A stretch of DNA of 64,000 nt from Podarcis cretensis (Eukaryota): assembly GCA_951804945.1 (NCBI GenBank), contig OX638154.1:56854001-56918000 (forward strand), given 5' to 3'. The notes under the pieces are model-generated. The model did no database searches, was not told the origin of the DNA, and saw only the letters and a list, made by a program, of their open reading frames with translations. Both the position numbers and the translations under genes were made by a program. This document shows positions 12,801-26,100 of the stretch, piece by piece. Positions within the stretch are counted from its first letter, which is position 1, and each line of letters starts with the position of its first letter.

Positions 12801-14658
12801 CTTACAGAACGTAGTCTCTGCTGTGCTTTATTTCAAAGAAATGCAAACCCGGTTAAGTACCAAGACCCCTGGAATTTTGCTACAGCTTGGCAGAGATTAG
12901 AGTAGCCCATAACAATATTCTCTACAGACAGAACCTTTTGCAGAAAATTTCACACATCTATATCTTAGTCCTTTTTTAAACTCTGGGAAATCAAACCAGA
13001 CTGGTTATTTTCACTCCAAATCCTCTCATTAGAACTGTCTGAAGGACATGGTGCCCAATATTTAGGAAGTATAAATACAAGAGCTCTATTTCTTCAACTT
13101 TACAGACTTGCAGCCAATTTCATAGGTCTCCACTTGTTACAATCTAAGCCCCACAAACTTATCTAGTTATTCCCATTGCTATATATGTGGTATTAAAAAG
13201 AGATACTGACATTTCCAAAAGTACTCCATTAGATGACCAGGAATTTGAATCAGAATCTCCCATTCCTTGCCATGCTAAGTCAACTAATATGCAAACAGTT
13301 CCAGGATATGGTGGGCAATCCTTTGCCAGAGGTATTTTTTCATAGGGGCTGGGTAGACATTTGTCAGGGATACTGTAGTTGCACGTTGTATTGCAGGTCC
13401 TGTATCAAGCAGGACATTGCACTAGTTGACCTTCAAAATCCTTACCAGTTCAATGAAATTCCATTTGAAATTTGTCTAAACGAGTTAACTTAAATTGGTT
13501 TGACTGGAATGGAATTTAACAAAAATGATGAAAATTAAGTTGCAGCAGCAATAGTATTTCCTTATTATGAAGTTAGCCTCTGTGGTAGTATACCCCCGAG
13601 AAAGTATGTGTCTAATGAGCCCAAAAGCCAAGTGGGTATGTTGTTCTTAAGTTGTTTTCACATGGCAGTGCAAAATACATTTTCAACTCCTTTTGCAGCA
13701 ACTAACCATGCAGTCACTGCTTAGAATTGCTTACAGAACGTAGTCTCTGCTGTGCTTTATTTCAAAGAAATGCAAACCCGGTTAAGTACCAAGACCCCTG
13801 GAATTTTGCTACAGCTTGGCAGAGATTAGAGTAGCCCATAACAATATTCTCTACAGACAGAACCTTTTGCAGAAAATTTCACACATCTATATCTTAGTCC
13901 TTTTTTAAACTCTGGGAAATCAAACCAGACTGGTTATTTTCACTCCAAATCCTCTCATTAGAACTGTCTGAAGGACATGGTGCCCAATATTTAGGAAGTA
14001 TAAATACAAGAGCTCTATTTCTTCAACTTTACAGACTTGCAGCCAATTTCATAGGTCTCCACTTGTTACAATCTAAGCCCCACAAACTTATCTAGTTATT
14101 CCCATTGCTATATATGTGGTATTAAAAAGAGATACTGACATTTCCAAAAGTACTCCATTAGATGACCAGGAATTTGAATCAGAATCTCCCATTCCTTGCC
14201 ATGCTAAGTCAACTAATATGCAAACAGTTCCAGGATATGGTGGGCAATCCTTTGCCAGAGGTATTTTTCCATAGGGGCTGGGTGGACATTTGTCAGGGAT
14301 ACTGTAGTTGCACGTTGTATTGCAGGTCCTGTATCAAGCAGGACATTGCACTAGTTGACCTTCAAAATCCTTACCAGTTCAATGAAATTCCATTTGAAAT
14401 TTGTCTAAACGAGTTAACTTAAATTGGTTTGACTGGAATGGAATTTAACAAAAATGATGAAAATTAAGTTGCAGCAGCAATAGTATTTCCTTATTATGAA
14501 GTTAGCCTCTGTGGTAGTATACCCCCGAGAAAGTATGTGTCTAATGAGCCCAAAAGCCAAGTGGGTATGTTGTTCTTAAGTTGTTTTCACATGGCAGTGC
14601 AAAATACATTTTCAACTCCTTTTGCAGCAACTAACCATGCAGTCACTGCTTAGAATTG
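12801..14658. repeat. Tandem duplication, 2 x 929 bp
   Basis: 12801-13729 is repeated at 13730-14658; differences seen at 13340/14269 (T/C) and 13355/14284 (A/G). Confidence 0.95.
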
Positions 14659-15397
14659 CTCCTGCTGTCACCAGGAGTTAATAGACATGGAGACTGGAGA
14701 TGCTAAGCACAAAGCAGAAATAATTGAGTGCTTCCTCCCTAAATGAAGTGTGGGAGATGATGGAAAAGCTGCAAAGAATCACCAGCCTGAGGCAACACAA
14801 AGTGTCAACAAGACAGGAGAACATCTCTGATACAGCTGCAGCCAGATTCTTTGACTAATCACTCGACAGCCCCATGTCAGAAACAATTTGCTGCCTCTAG
14901 GGGGGAAATGCAAAAGTGCTTGTTTTCAGCTTTTTGCAGTCTTTAGCTATATAGTAAACTTCATTTAATGGCAAAAACACTCAAAGGCTGGTACAAGCTA
15001 ATTTGTTGCAAAGCAAATGGGGAGGATACATTTTGTTTCATATATTATATTTACAAATGCTAGAAAAGTAATTTTTACAAAATAATAATCTGGGAGTGTG
15101 CATTATAGTTCATCTGGCAGGAAAGGCATTGTTTCGCTTAACAAATGAACAAATGAACAAACATTTTACCTTCTGCAACACACAAGTTGTTTTCCTAATA
15201 TCTAATGATTCTACAGCAAAGTACAGCAAGAACAGATTATCTGTGGGAGCTCTCATAAAAAAATAATTCTTTTCTTAAAAATTAATACAGAATTGATAGA
15301 ATGAGAATTACATTCACATGCATGTAGTCTGATCCTCATTTACTCAAAAGGAATTTCACTTATTTCAGTGGTATTTGTACTCAAGTAAACATACAGA

Positions 15398-16115
15398 GGA
15401 GGAATTAAATAACCTTTTAATGAGAGTGAAAGAGGAGAGCGCAAAATATGGTCTGAAGCTCAACATCAAAAAACGATGATCATGGCCACTGGTCCCATCA
15501 CCTCCTGGCAAATAGAAGGGGAAGAAATGGAGGCAGTGAGAGATTTTACTTTCTTGGGCTCCATGATCACTGCAGATGGTGACAGCAGTCACGAAATTAA
15601 AAGACGCCTGCTCCTTGGGAGAAAGGTGATGGCAAACCTAGACAGCATCTTAAAAAGCAGAGACATCACCTTGCCAACAAAGGTCCGTATAGTTAAAGCC
15701 ATGATTTTCCCAGTAGTGATGTATGGAAGTTGAGAGCTGGACCATAAAGAAGGCTGATCGCCGAAGAATTGATGCTTTTGAATTACGGTGCTGGAGGACT
15801 GCAAGAAGATCAAACCTCTCCATTCTTAAGGAAATTAGCCCTGGGTGCTCACTGGAAGGACAGATCGTGAAGCTGAGGCTCCAATACTTTGGCCACCTCA
15901 TGAGAAGAGCAGACTCCCTGGAAAAGACCCTGATGTTGGGAAAGATGGAGGGCACAAGGAGAAGGGGACGACAGAGGACGAGATGGTTGGACAGTGTTCT
16001 TGAAGTGACAAACATGAGTCTGACCAAGCTGCGAGAGGCAGTGGAAGACAGGGGTGCCTGGCGTGCTCTGGTCCATGGGGTCACGAAGAGTCGGACACGA
16101 CTAAACAACAACAAC
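15398..16115 (+). mobile_element. BovB (RTE) LINE, 5'-truncated 3' end
   Basis: FTFLGSMITADGDSSHEIKRRLLLGRK and LRLQYFGHLMRRADSLEKTLMLGK; 3' end CCATGGGGTCACGAAGAGTCGGACACGACT plus (AAC)n; TSD AAAC(A/T)TACAGA. Confidence 0.93.
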
Positions 16116-18363
16116 AAACTTACAGAATTGCAAACTAAAAGGTAAAATGCTAATCTGAAATAAATAAAGACACACTGACCAAAATGTGACACTTATTGCA
16201 GCTATTGCAGCTGTTGTTGTTGTTGTTGTTGTTATTCTGCCTATTGACTTGGTAACTAAAAAATCTTGGTAACTAAAAAATCTGCTGAATTTGCACAATG
16301 TATGATAACTAGAAATATAAACATGTTTCATATTAGTTGAAAGTTCAAACCACCCCATCTCTGTATACCTAGTGCAAAAATTATGTGATGACACACTATT
16401 AACATGTAAAGCAGGACAAAAATGTGTATTTTAGTTCCCATTTATGTCATTAATGAGTGTGAACAAGGTTTTCTGAATACAGGTATTGCCAGATGAAAAT
16501 AGTTCATCTAAAATAGTTGCATTATGTGAAATATACTTACCACAGAAAGAGTGAATGCAATGGAGTTTCTTTTTGACTAAATGTCTTAAGAATTGGTCTG
16601 TAAGTTGTTCTTAAAAAAACATTTTGGCCTACCTCTGCTCCTGTGCTGAACAGGCATATGGCTCTCATCACAGTATATTACACAATGAACAGTATGCCCA
16701 GAATCAAGATTTGCAAACAAAAATGAACTTTGGATCTGGCATTTAGAATGCAATAAAAATGCTTTCTTTTTGTGAAGCAGGCCCCTTTTATTTATGGAAC
16801 TCAAACTGTCCAAACAGACAGATAAAATACTCTTCCCTGTAATGTAATAAGCAGGATTCCACTTACCTGTAAATGTTACTCCTTGAGCGCTTGCCTGGGG
16901 AATTCCATTTATTGGATTGTACATGTGCAAAGAGTGCAATGATCAGTCCCTACTGTAGCACTCATTGAATATCAAGTTTTTCACAGAGAGGCATGAAAAT
17001 TGAGTGAAAGCATGCCTTTCACCTCTCAAAGGCCCGCGAGTGGAGAATGAGGAAGGCAGACACATGAATCCATGCAGAGCTGCTGGGCCCTGCCTCATAA
17101 CTTCCTTCTTCCCCCTTCTTTATTATATAGTGATTGCACCCATTTTATTTGTATTTTTATTTATATAACTAGGCATATAACAGGATTGGGGGGGGCACTA
17201 ATGAATCAGCCTTGACGGAACAGTATGCCACAATTTAATGAGAATTTAACAAACTTTACCATTGATGAATTCATGTGCATAATCTTGTTACAATCAAAAC
17301 ATCTGGATTGTGAACCATAGGCATTTGTTTTACTATTTTACAAGCCACTACTACTGCTTTGCCACAGTAATTTTTCACCCATTATATTTCTCCGTATTTT
17401 GAAACCCAGTGAAGAAAGTCCATTGTTACAGGTGAGATCACTGAAATGGAACTCAGTCAAAGTGCAATAATAAAATGAAAAAGAACTCATAAAATAATAA
17501 TAACAATATGCACTGAAATAAAACTGGTTTATCCTGAATAACAGGGGACTGACCAGATTAAACAAATCAATGTTATTGCTGGCTTCCATCCTAGTGGTGA
17601 TATTGGAGGGAACAATCAATTCATTTTTGCAGAATATTTGTTCTTTCTATTTGTTCTCATCCTCAAATGCATCAGTTTTGATCTAAAATTGCTCATTTGT
17701 TTTCTTCTTTTAGCATCACAACTTGTTCATCTGTATTTGTGTCAAAGTTTCCAGCAGTGCTGGTAATACAAATATACCCCACAGATTAATCAGGTGATGT
17801 GATCATTTATGTGCTACAATTAATATTGTTTTTAAAATATATATTTATGGTATTTTCATAATACAGATTTGTTGTCCTCTTTTGTTTTCAGTATTCTTAA
17901 AAGTGTAGATAGTTCTACATTTTCTTGCCATTTATTGCACCAATACATAATGAAGTTACTTAATTTTTCAATATAAATATTATTTAAGTGCCTCACCAGA
18001 TTGCCCCTGATCAAGCAGCCAGGAACAATCCAGAGTCAAGGGGCAGGGCAGTGAGCAGGAAGGAAGAGAGACACATGGAGTCTGCAGAAAGAGCAGCATG
18101 AAACTGTTTACAAGAGGGCTTTCTAGCAGCCCTTTAGCTGTACATGCCTCTTCCCAGGAGGGGAACTGCACACATGAACACTCTGCTCATCAGCTTGTTG
18201 CAGGGAGCTGCTTCGCTAGTTTGCTCCTCACATGGAATGCACTGGTGAAGCAGAACCCTGCAGGACTGAACCCTCCATTCACCAGCTGGTAAGTGAACAA
18301 TGCAATCCTGCTTAGTTTGGCTGTGGGTGCAGGGGTGTGCTTCAACATGTTCCTCATGCTATA

Positions 18364-18605
18364 CAGTGGTTCCTCGGGTTACATATGCTTCAGGTTACAG
18401 ACACTTCAGGTTACAGACTCCGCTAACCCAGAAATAGTACCTCGGGTTAAGAACTTTGCTTCAGGATGAGAACAGAAATTGTGTTCTGGCGGTGCGGCGG
18501 CAGCGGGAGGCCCTATTAGCTAAAGTGGTGCTTCAGGTTAAGAACAGTTTCAGGTTAAGAACGGACCTCCAGAATGAATTAAGTTCTTAACCCAAGGTAC
18601 CACTG
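18364..18605. mobile_element. Tc1/mariner (pogo/Tigger-like) MITE
   Basis: TA-CAGTGGTTCCTCGGGTTA...TAACCCAAGGTACCACTG-TA. Confidence 0.88.
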
Positions 18606-19930
18606 TATATGAATAAGCTTCCACATGAGGTTTTGGGACCATGCATAAATAGAGCTAAGCCATCTGTGTATGGCCTGATATTAAAGTCTCTCCTTCCTAG
18701 TTTCCTTCCATACAAAAGTGTATGTGGAAAAGATGCCACCCCCCATGTTGTATGAGGAATAGACTGCAAAACTGGGAGCCATTTTTGGTATACCTTTATC
18801 TAGAACATATTGCTGTTGATTCTTTCCAGTCCTATGATTTATGAGGAGCTCTTTAGAATCAGCTACCTCTATTTCCACTGGTGACATATTTTTCAGTTTG
18901 ATATATTTGAAATGTGACATTTTATGAAATCTACTTGAAGCAACACAAACTTTGTCTTTCTTCCCACCCACTCTGTTCACAGAATGAAAGAGCTGAATAT
19001 TTAAAATGTATCTACAATATAAGATGCATCATGTATATGAATGATTAGTATCTACTATTTATTCATATCAGTTTGTTCTGCATTTTCAAACTATAACCAA
19101 TTTTTAAGAATATGACAGCAACACAGAATTGTGGAGCTAATGTTTATTATCTCTCAATGCTTTTTAGCACCAATTTGTCCTTTTTACAACTAAAATTATG
19201 ACTGCTCTAGTTCACAGCCAGGCAAACACAAAATGGCATCTTTTCAACAATCTGGGCTCCTCCTAGCTGAAATAGCTAGCAACAGAAATTTATAACTGAA
19301 TGTAAACAATTCTGTGACAAATGTTGAATGGAAATATAGTTCAGATTATTCTGGCCAGGAAGTCTCTGGACAGAGGGACATTTTTCTTGTGGTGTCACTG
19401 TCCTGTTTGAATATTAAAAGTTGTGTTAAACAGACTCGGATGAAAAACAAAGACAGGGGGAGATAGGGTCTACAGGTAGGATGATACTCTTCTTTTATTT
19501 ACAACTGGAGGATTTTTGATTTTCTAAACTGAAAGGCCAGCAGAGACAAGTTAGTCTGTTCAGTTTTGAGGAAGCATTGTGCTCCTTGGAGTGGCTTGTA
19601 CAGGGTGAGCAGAATTTACTCTAAATGGTTGCTTATGTTCTGTGGGATTGTTTGCTGTATATGGAAGACAGAGAGCCTTTCTTTCATAGGTTTAGTGACT
19701 TGGGTGCTACAAATTTGTCTTTAGGGACTGACCTTCAGGACAAGAATCTCTGGGGCTCAGTGTTGGAGAGTTTATAACAGGTTGTGAAAGCTACAAGGCT
19801 CTAGGAAAGGCTGTGAGTGAAATATAATCATACTGTTGCCAGCAGAAGGAGGTAATAGGGCCTTTCCATTAAACCTGGGAGGAGATTATTCTTAGAAAAA
19901 GGATGCCAACCACTTAAAGTGTTTAAATGT

Positions 19931-19932
<2 letters not shown>

Positions 19933-20000
<68 letters not shown>
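19933..20000. repeat. (TA)n(CA)n compound microsatellite
   Basis: Direct reading. Confidence 0.95.
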
Positions 20001-20001
<1 letters not shown>

Positions 20002-21710
20002 GTATATATAGATTCAAAAAGAAAAGGCATGGCTAAAGGCAGTGGTACTGTGAAGAAGGTGCCATTTTGTCATGAATGCATATGATAGTGTGCCAATTTA
20101 AAAATTTTACATGCTTTATTTCTGTAGTTCATGGAATCAGTGAACTCAGCATGACTTGATATTAATTATTTCATAAAAATTATACATTGCTTGATTGAAA
20201 ATACTAAGCATCTGGGTAGGCTTGTCTATACAATAATGTGTTTAGCAGGTACCAAAAAGGACAGTGAAGACACCTGCTGGATATCAATAGGAAGGGAGTT
20301 CCAAAGTGTAGGTGCTGCCACATTAAACAATTGGTTTCTCACAAATGCGAAACGGGTATTATGTGGCACATGTAGTAGTGTAGACAGCCCAATTAAAATC
20401 ATTTTAGCATATTAGGTATCTTTAGTCAATATAAATGTATCCATTTCCCCATTCCCCTAGATGTATTTTATTATTTGCTTATTCTTTAGATTTATATCCT
20501 TTCAAAATTTATTATATTAATGTTACTTATAATTAAAAAATCCAAAATAAAATCTGTAAAACAAAATACTTTAGGTGTCAGAATACACATCAGTTTACTG
20601 CAAGTGTATCTTTACTATTTCCCATCATTTTCCTATTCGTCTCAAGATTTTATAAAGTATGGAAGAAACAAATTATACTCAACAAAGAAAGCAATCCATT
20701 ATTATGTGGTGTTACACAAGACAGCATAAAATACGCACAGAAGCTGGGTATTTTAAAAACCTACTCAAGAGATGGAATACTGTTCTTTAAAAAGGTATAG
20801 GAATTTTTTACGTAATTTCACTTATGAAGAAGTATAGCTATATACTAATAAAGTAAAATCTGAATTTTCTACATTTAATATCTGCAATGGCTATGGGAGT
20901 TAATGGTGAATGTAAGCCTTTGAGACTGCTTCCCCTGCCTGCTCAGAAGCACAAGGTAGTCTTGGTTCCATAGTGTAAGAAACATGACTAGAAAATAAAA
21001 TAAAATAAAATAAAATAAAGGCCTTTTTAAATACGCAGGAAATCAAAATTCCAAATATGTTATATGTCTGCTTGGAAATACAAGCCTACCAAGAATATTA
21101 TTCCGCTTGCATCGTCCTTTAGTCTTTTCACAGCTTTATGTAATCGATGATGTCTGAATCATGGTTTTTTTCAATTCAGAAAACTGTTAAATATACCTGC
21201 TTGTCCATATGCATAAACATATAATACAGACTAAAAAAAAAAAACCTGTGTAAAGAGTGTACTCTTAACAAAGCATAAGACTTACTCTTAGGATAATACA
21301 GGATTATAGCCTAAACAAACTATTGCTGATGATTCAGGTTATCAGGGACTACATAAAAAAAAATGTAATATTTATGTTAATAATGGAAACGATTGCCTTC
21401 TCCTTAAAATATTTATTTTCATTGTACTATGGAAACTTCTCCAAAACATTCCTTACAATGTACAATTTGAAAAGAAAGATAATGAATTAACATTCACAAC
21501 TAAGAATAGTCTATTTGTCCTAGATGAGCAGTTGCAGGATAAAAATAATCCATTTGTTTTGATTAAGGGATCTGTCAGCTTTGAACTGCTTAAATACTAT
21601 CCTCCTCTTACGTAACAGAGACATTATTTTTATATTCATTGTTTTCAGTCATATGCCCTTCTTTCAGACTACTAAATGGCAATAAGAGTGAAACAGGAAG
21701 GGGAATGAGG

Positions 21711-21742
<32 letters not shown>

Positions 21743-22805
21743 CACCTTGTCCTACAGCTTGTCGTAACTTCCCAGCTAGCTGGAGTTCTAGGAAGGTGGC
21801 CAGAGGAATAGGGGATGCTCCTGAAGAAGCTGAGACAGAGAAAGATGAATAAAAGTTCTAGAGAGGAGAAGGAAGGCTGGGGAGAAGGTGAAGGAAAGGC
21901 ACAAAACCAGGGAAGGAATGAAGGGGGAAGCACTTGTCCCTCTTAGGTCATACCTCCCCTCAGAAAAGGGGGGGGGGCTGCAGTCTGCCTGTGAACATTT
22001 GAATTCTGACATGCTCCTAATAATCAAAACTCTATTTTTTCAAGCTCCATACAGACAGCAAGAACCCAACCACTTAAGTTCCAAGAAATGAGGCAATGCA
22101 GAGGAGTGTTAAGGAACCTGGAGAAAGAGGGAAGGCAAAAAATACCTCACAGAGAAATGAGGGTTGAAGAATGAGGGAGAGGAGGGTTTCCGGTTCCTAT
22201 CTGCCTTAGTGGAGGCAGCCCCCATGACATCACAGGGATCAAAGGCGGAGAAAAACAAGAATGATAGAGGGTAAATCATTCTTGGAAATTCCTCCCAGGG
22301 AAGGGAGGAACAGGCTTCACTTGCAGTCTGTCTCAGTACCCGGCATTGAATGTGGGGATCAGGGAGGCACTGAGTGTAAAAGCACTTCACCTGGTGAAAA
22401 CCCTCCTACACCATCATTAAGAAGCAGAGGTTCTCCTGTTAATTGGTGATTAATTAAAATGAAAGTACTCCAATATCCCATGCAGTGGAAGCTGGATCCC
22501 ACTTACGTGGGCTGTCAAAATTTCTAAATGTTGATTGAGTAGTGAGAAAGAGTGGACTGATGGCGTATGTTGTTGTTTGGAAACACCAAGCAAGATGAGA
22601 GCATGATGGGAGGGAGCTAATGAGATATTTTGAGAATTCTCCAGGATTATAGCCCCACCTCTCAGCCCTAAGCTAAGAGACAACATCAGCCGGAGGAATT
22701 TCAAGAATGGGACAGCAGACAAAGTCCAAGGACATGATAATTGGACATTTATTAATATGAACAGTAATCACTAAAAATGCAGCTGTTATCTAAATGATTA
22801 ATATA

Positions 22806-23005
22806 CAGTGGTACCTCTGGTTACGTACTTAATTCGTTCCGTTCTTAACCTGAGGTACCACTTTAGCTAATGGGCCTCCCACTGCTGCTGCGCTGCCGGA
22901 GCACGATTTCTGTTCTCATCCTGAAGCAAAGTTCTTAACCCGAGGTACTGTTTCTGGATTAGCGGAGTTTGTAACCTGAAGTGTATGTAACCCGAGGTAC
23001 CAATG
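22806..23005. mobile_element. Same MITE family, opposite orientation
   Basis: TA-CAGTGGTACCTC...GAGGTACCAATG-TA. Confidence 0.85.
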
Positions 23006-23034
23006 TACTAACTGAAAGGTAATTAGATAATAAT

Positions 23035-23108
23035 AAAAAATATGCTGCAGCAATATAAGAACTGGACAAAAAACTATGCTGCAGCAATATAAGAACTGGA
23101 CAAAAAAC
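23035..23108. repeat. 35-bp tandem duplication in an L1-like 3' tail
   Basis: TATGCTGCAGCAATATAAGAACTGGACAAAAAAC occurs twice; A-tail near 23234-23240. Confidence 0.85.
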
Positions 23109-26100
23109 ATTGATCAAGGAACACAGGAAACCACTTTGATTAAATTGTATAAATTTGGAAATAATTGGAATTATTTTGATATTAATTGGAATCTGTATAA
23201 TTGGCAAAACTGTGGTTAATAAAACTTTATTATAAAAAAAGGAGGAGGAGGAGGAGGAGAGTAGCTTTGCTGATCAACAACTCTGGCATTGATTCCAGCC
23301 CTCGATTGATTTCATAGCACAAAGGTTATCTACCTCTGATTTACTGCCTCTAAGAATCCCCCAAGAGCAATTAGCAAGCACAATTAACTAAAATTTCAGG
23401 TAATTTGATAACCAGGAACTATTTTTTGTTGTGAATATCAGGAAGTATGATTGTGTGCAAGGCATTAGTATTTCCTCTGTTCTATGTAGACTGCTCATTC
23501 CATGCAGAGCACGGGAGGAGCACAGACGTGGTTACAAAATTCTTAGGGGTACAAAATTTCTGCTCCTCGCTCATCTGAGCCCTCAAAGCCCCTGAACTGC
23601 AGCTGTACCTCAGAAATTTTCTCAGCAGCACCCACAGCCAGTTCTGCAGAGCACTGGCTCCATCAGCCAATGGCAGGGCCAGGACCTAGACCTGGGTTTG
23701 TGCTTGTAAGCAAGGGACTGCAGGTTCTACTATAATGGAAGCAGCTGTTAGTTAGGCTCAGAAAGATAGGGGACAGAACAAAAGTGGGGAGTGGTAGGCA
23801 GGAAGGATTGTAACGGGGTGAAACAGAGCAAGAAGGGGCTCGTGACAGAGAGATGTGCCCTTGCTTACCGCAGCCAATTCATTCTGTTTCTCCATCTTTC
23901 ATTTTGTTCTCCTTGCCTTATGCTTATATAAAAGTGGGGAGGAGAGTGGGAGAGATAATAGCTGGTGACAGTGGCAGTGACTGGTGAGAGCTGAGGCTAT
24001 GCTTCTCCCGCTCAAAACTGCCATCCCTAAGAGATGGAAGAGGCTGTAGCACCCATTTAGTTAGCTGAATGGGTGTGGGGTGTAGGAGCCGTTGCCCCCT
24101 CACTCTCTTTGGAGGGGGGAGTTAATGGACTGGGCAGGGGTTGAGGGGAGAGAGAAGCCACTCAACACCCTCCTTCTCTGGTGAGGGGTGCTCCCTTCTC
24201 CTCTGCCCCACCCTGGCTACGGAGACCTGCTTCTGCCTCAGAATTGAAGCTGTGCGGTGGCACCCGCACAGCATATAAGGTGGCGCAGAAGGAACCCCTC
24301 TTTTTAACTTCCTCTTCTCTTCTCACAACCTCTTGTGGAGGCAGGTTGCTGCTCGCCCCAACCCCTCCTCTCCCCCCACCCTTTGGCCATCCCCCGGCAA
24401 TGTGGCTAGAAAAAGCCCTTCAGCACTTTTTCAGGGGAAGCACCACAACTCCAGAACTTTGTGTGCAGCCTTAAGGGAGCCTAGCTCTCCCCCTACCCCA
24501 ATATGTAGGGATGTGTGAGGGATGTGTTTGTGTGTTGGGGGAGTTGCCGCAGAGGAGGCACAATACTTGCTTGCTCTGGGTGCTGACAACCCACACTATG
24601 ACACAGGCACAGGCAAGGATTATCCAGCACTTGGTGGGCCACTATGCAAGTCTATACCATATGTTGTGCACACTTAATTTAAAGAACCAAAAGCTTTCTT
24701 AACAATTGAGTCATCTGTTCTCTTTATCATCGGTTTTTACTTGAATAAATTCATTAACATATATAAGTTGTCTGGGAAAGGCTGTTTGTGTTAACCTCAG
24801 GAGCATGTAGATAGTGATGTTTATTTTATATGCATATCATCATTCCACTCATGCCTTCTTCAACTGCACAAAGCTGCAAAAGGGATGAGTTCTATTTTAA
24901 CTGGGTAATTGCCATTTTTATTGTGAAAAGTCAATACTCTAAATTTACCTAGAAATTTGCTGGTACTTTTTAAAATAATCAATAAATCCTAAAACATTTT
25001 TCTTCAATGCATAGTGAATCAAGATATAAATGGTTTTCTACACAAACAAGATATTCAATATTCAATGAAATAAACTGACTACCTTTCAACAGTTCAACAA
25101 TTTGAACATAAATGATTAGAGAAATGTTCAGTGAATCATGTGTTCCATTAATTTGCTTTAATAATCTTAACTCTTACCTTTCTGTCAAGTACCATCCTAA
25201 TACTGAAAAGCTAGCTTTTTTTTGTTTCAATCTACAAGTGTTGTTTTCATGTCAATAATATTACTTAGTGTGAATCACACTATTGAACCACATACAAATC
25301 TAATAAGTATACAAGCAAATAAATGTACTTGCTACTATAATTTATTTTGACTGAAAGGTCATTCCTGGAAAATCAATATTCTTCTGTTCCTAGCTAACAA
25401 ATTTGTATATAATATAGAAATTTAGGCCATGATCTTATCATTCCTGATGGAATCCAGAAAGCACAAAATCATTGCTGTAGCTGAGACTGCTAAGCACAGA
25501 GCACAATGCTGAGATTTCTAAGCATGTTGTGCAGTAGTGTCATGGTTGGAAAAGTTGTATATCCACCTGGACATTGTTCCTAAGAACTGGGTGGTAATTT
25601 CATCAGAGTATCAGCAGTTGTGCACACATAGTTTGCTTGCAGACACATAAATCCACATCCTATCTTACTTTCCACATTATACTAGGCCTTATTTTAGGAC
25701 ACCAAACTTTCATGTGAAATATCTTCTTCTTGCCACCTCCAAATCTCTGTGATACTGCATTTGCAGCTGTGAAGCCTCTGGCACCAACTGGCTAAGCCGT
25801 TGTGGTGGCATCCAAGTTTCTCCCACTTGGATCAATGTCCAGGGAACAAAACTAGTCTAGCTTCACTTAAGAAAAGTTGTTTGCTAGGATTAAAACTTCA
25901 GCACAGCTGATGAATGAAAAAAGAACCTGAAACTTAGGGAAATTAAGGAACAGGCAATTCAGAAGTAAAGAGACTGTGACAAAAGGCTATTTTGGACTAA
26001 ATAACAGGTTCCCAGAAGGAAGACGTAGGTAATAAAGCTTACTAAAAAGGGCACATAATCATAATCCCTCCCTTTTTTTATCCTCACATGATCTGTGATA

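Noticed and set aside
13233-14422. Two identical 86-aa ORFs whose two nucleotide differences are both synonymous
   Set aside because: Product of the tandem duplication. The sequence overlaps a decayed CR1-like 3' end, and two synonymous changes are too few to imply selection.
15650-16192. 180-aa minus-strand ORF
   Set aside because: Antisense of BovB.
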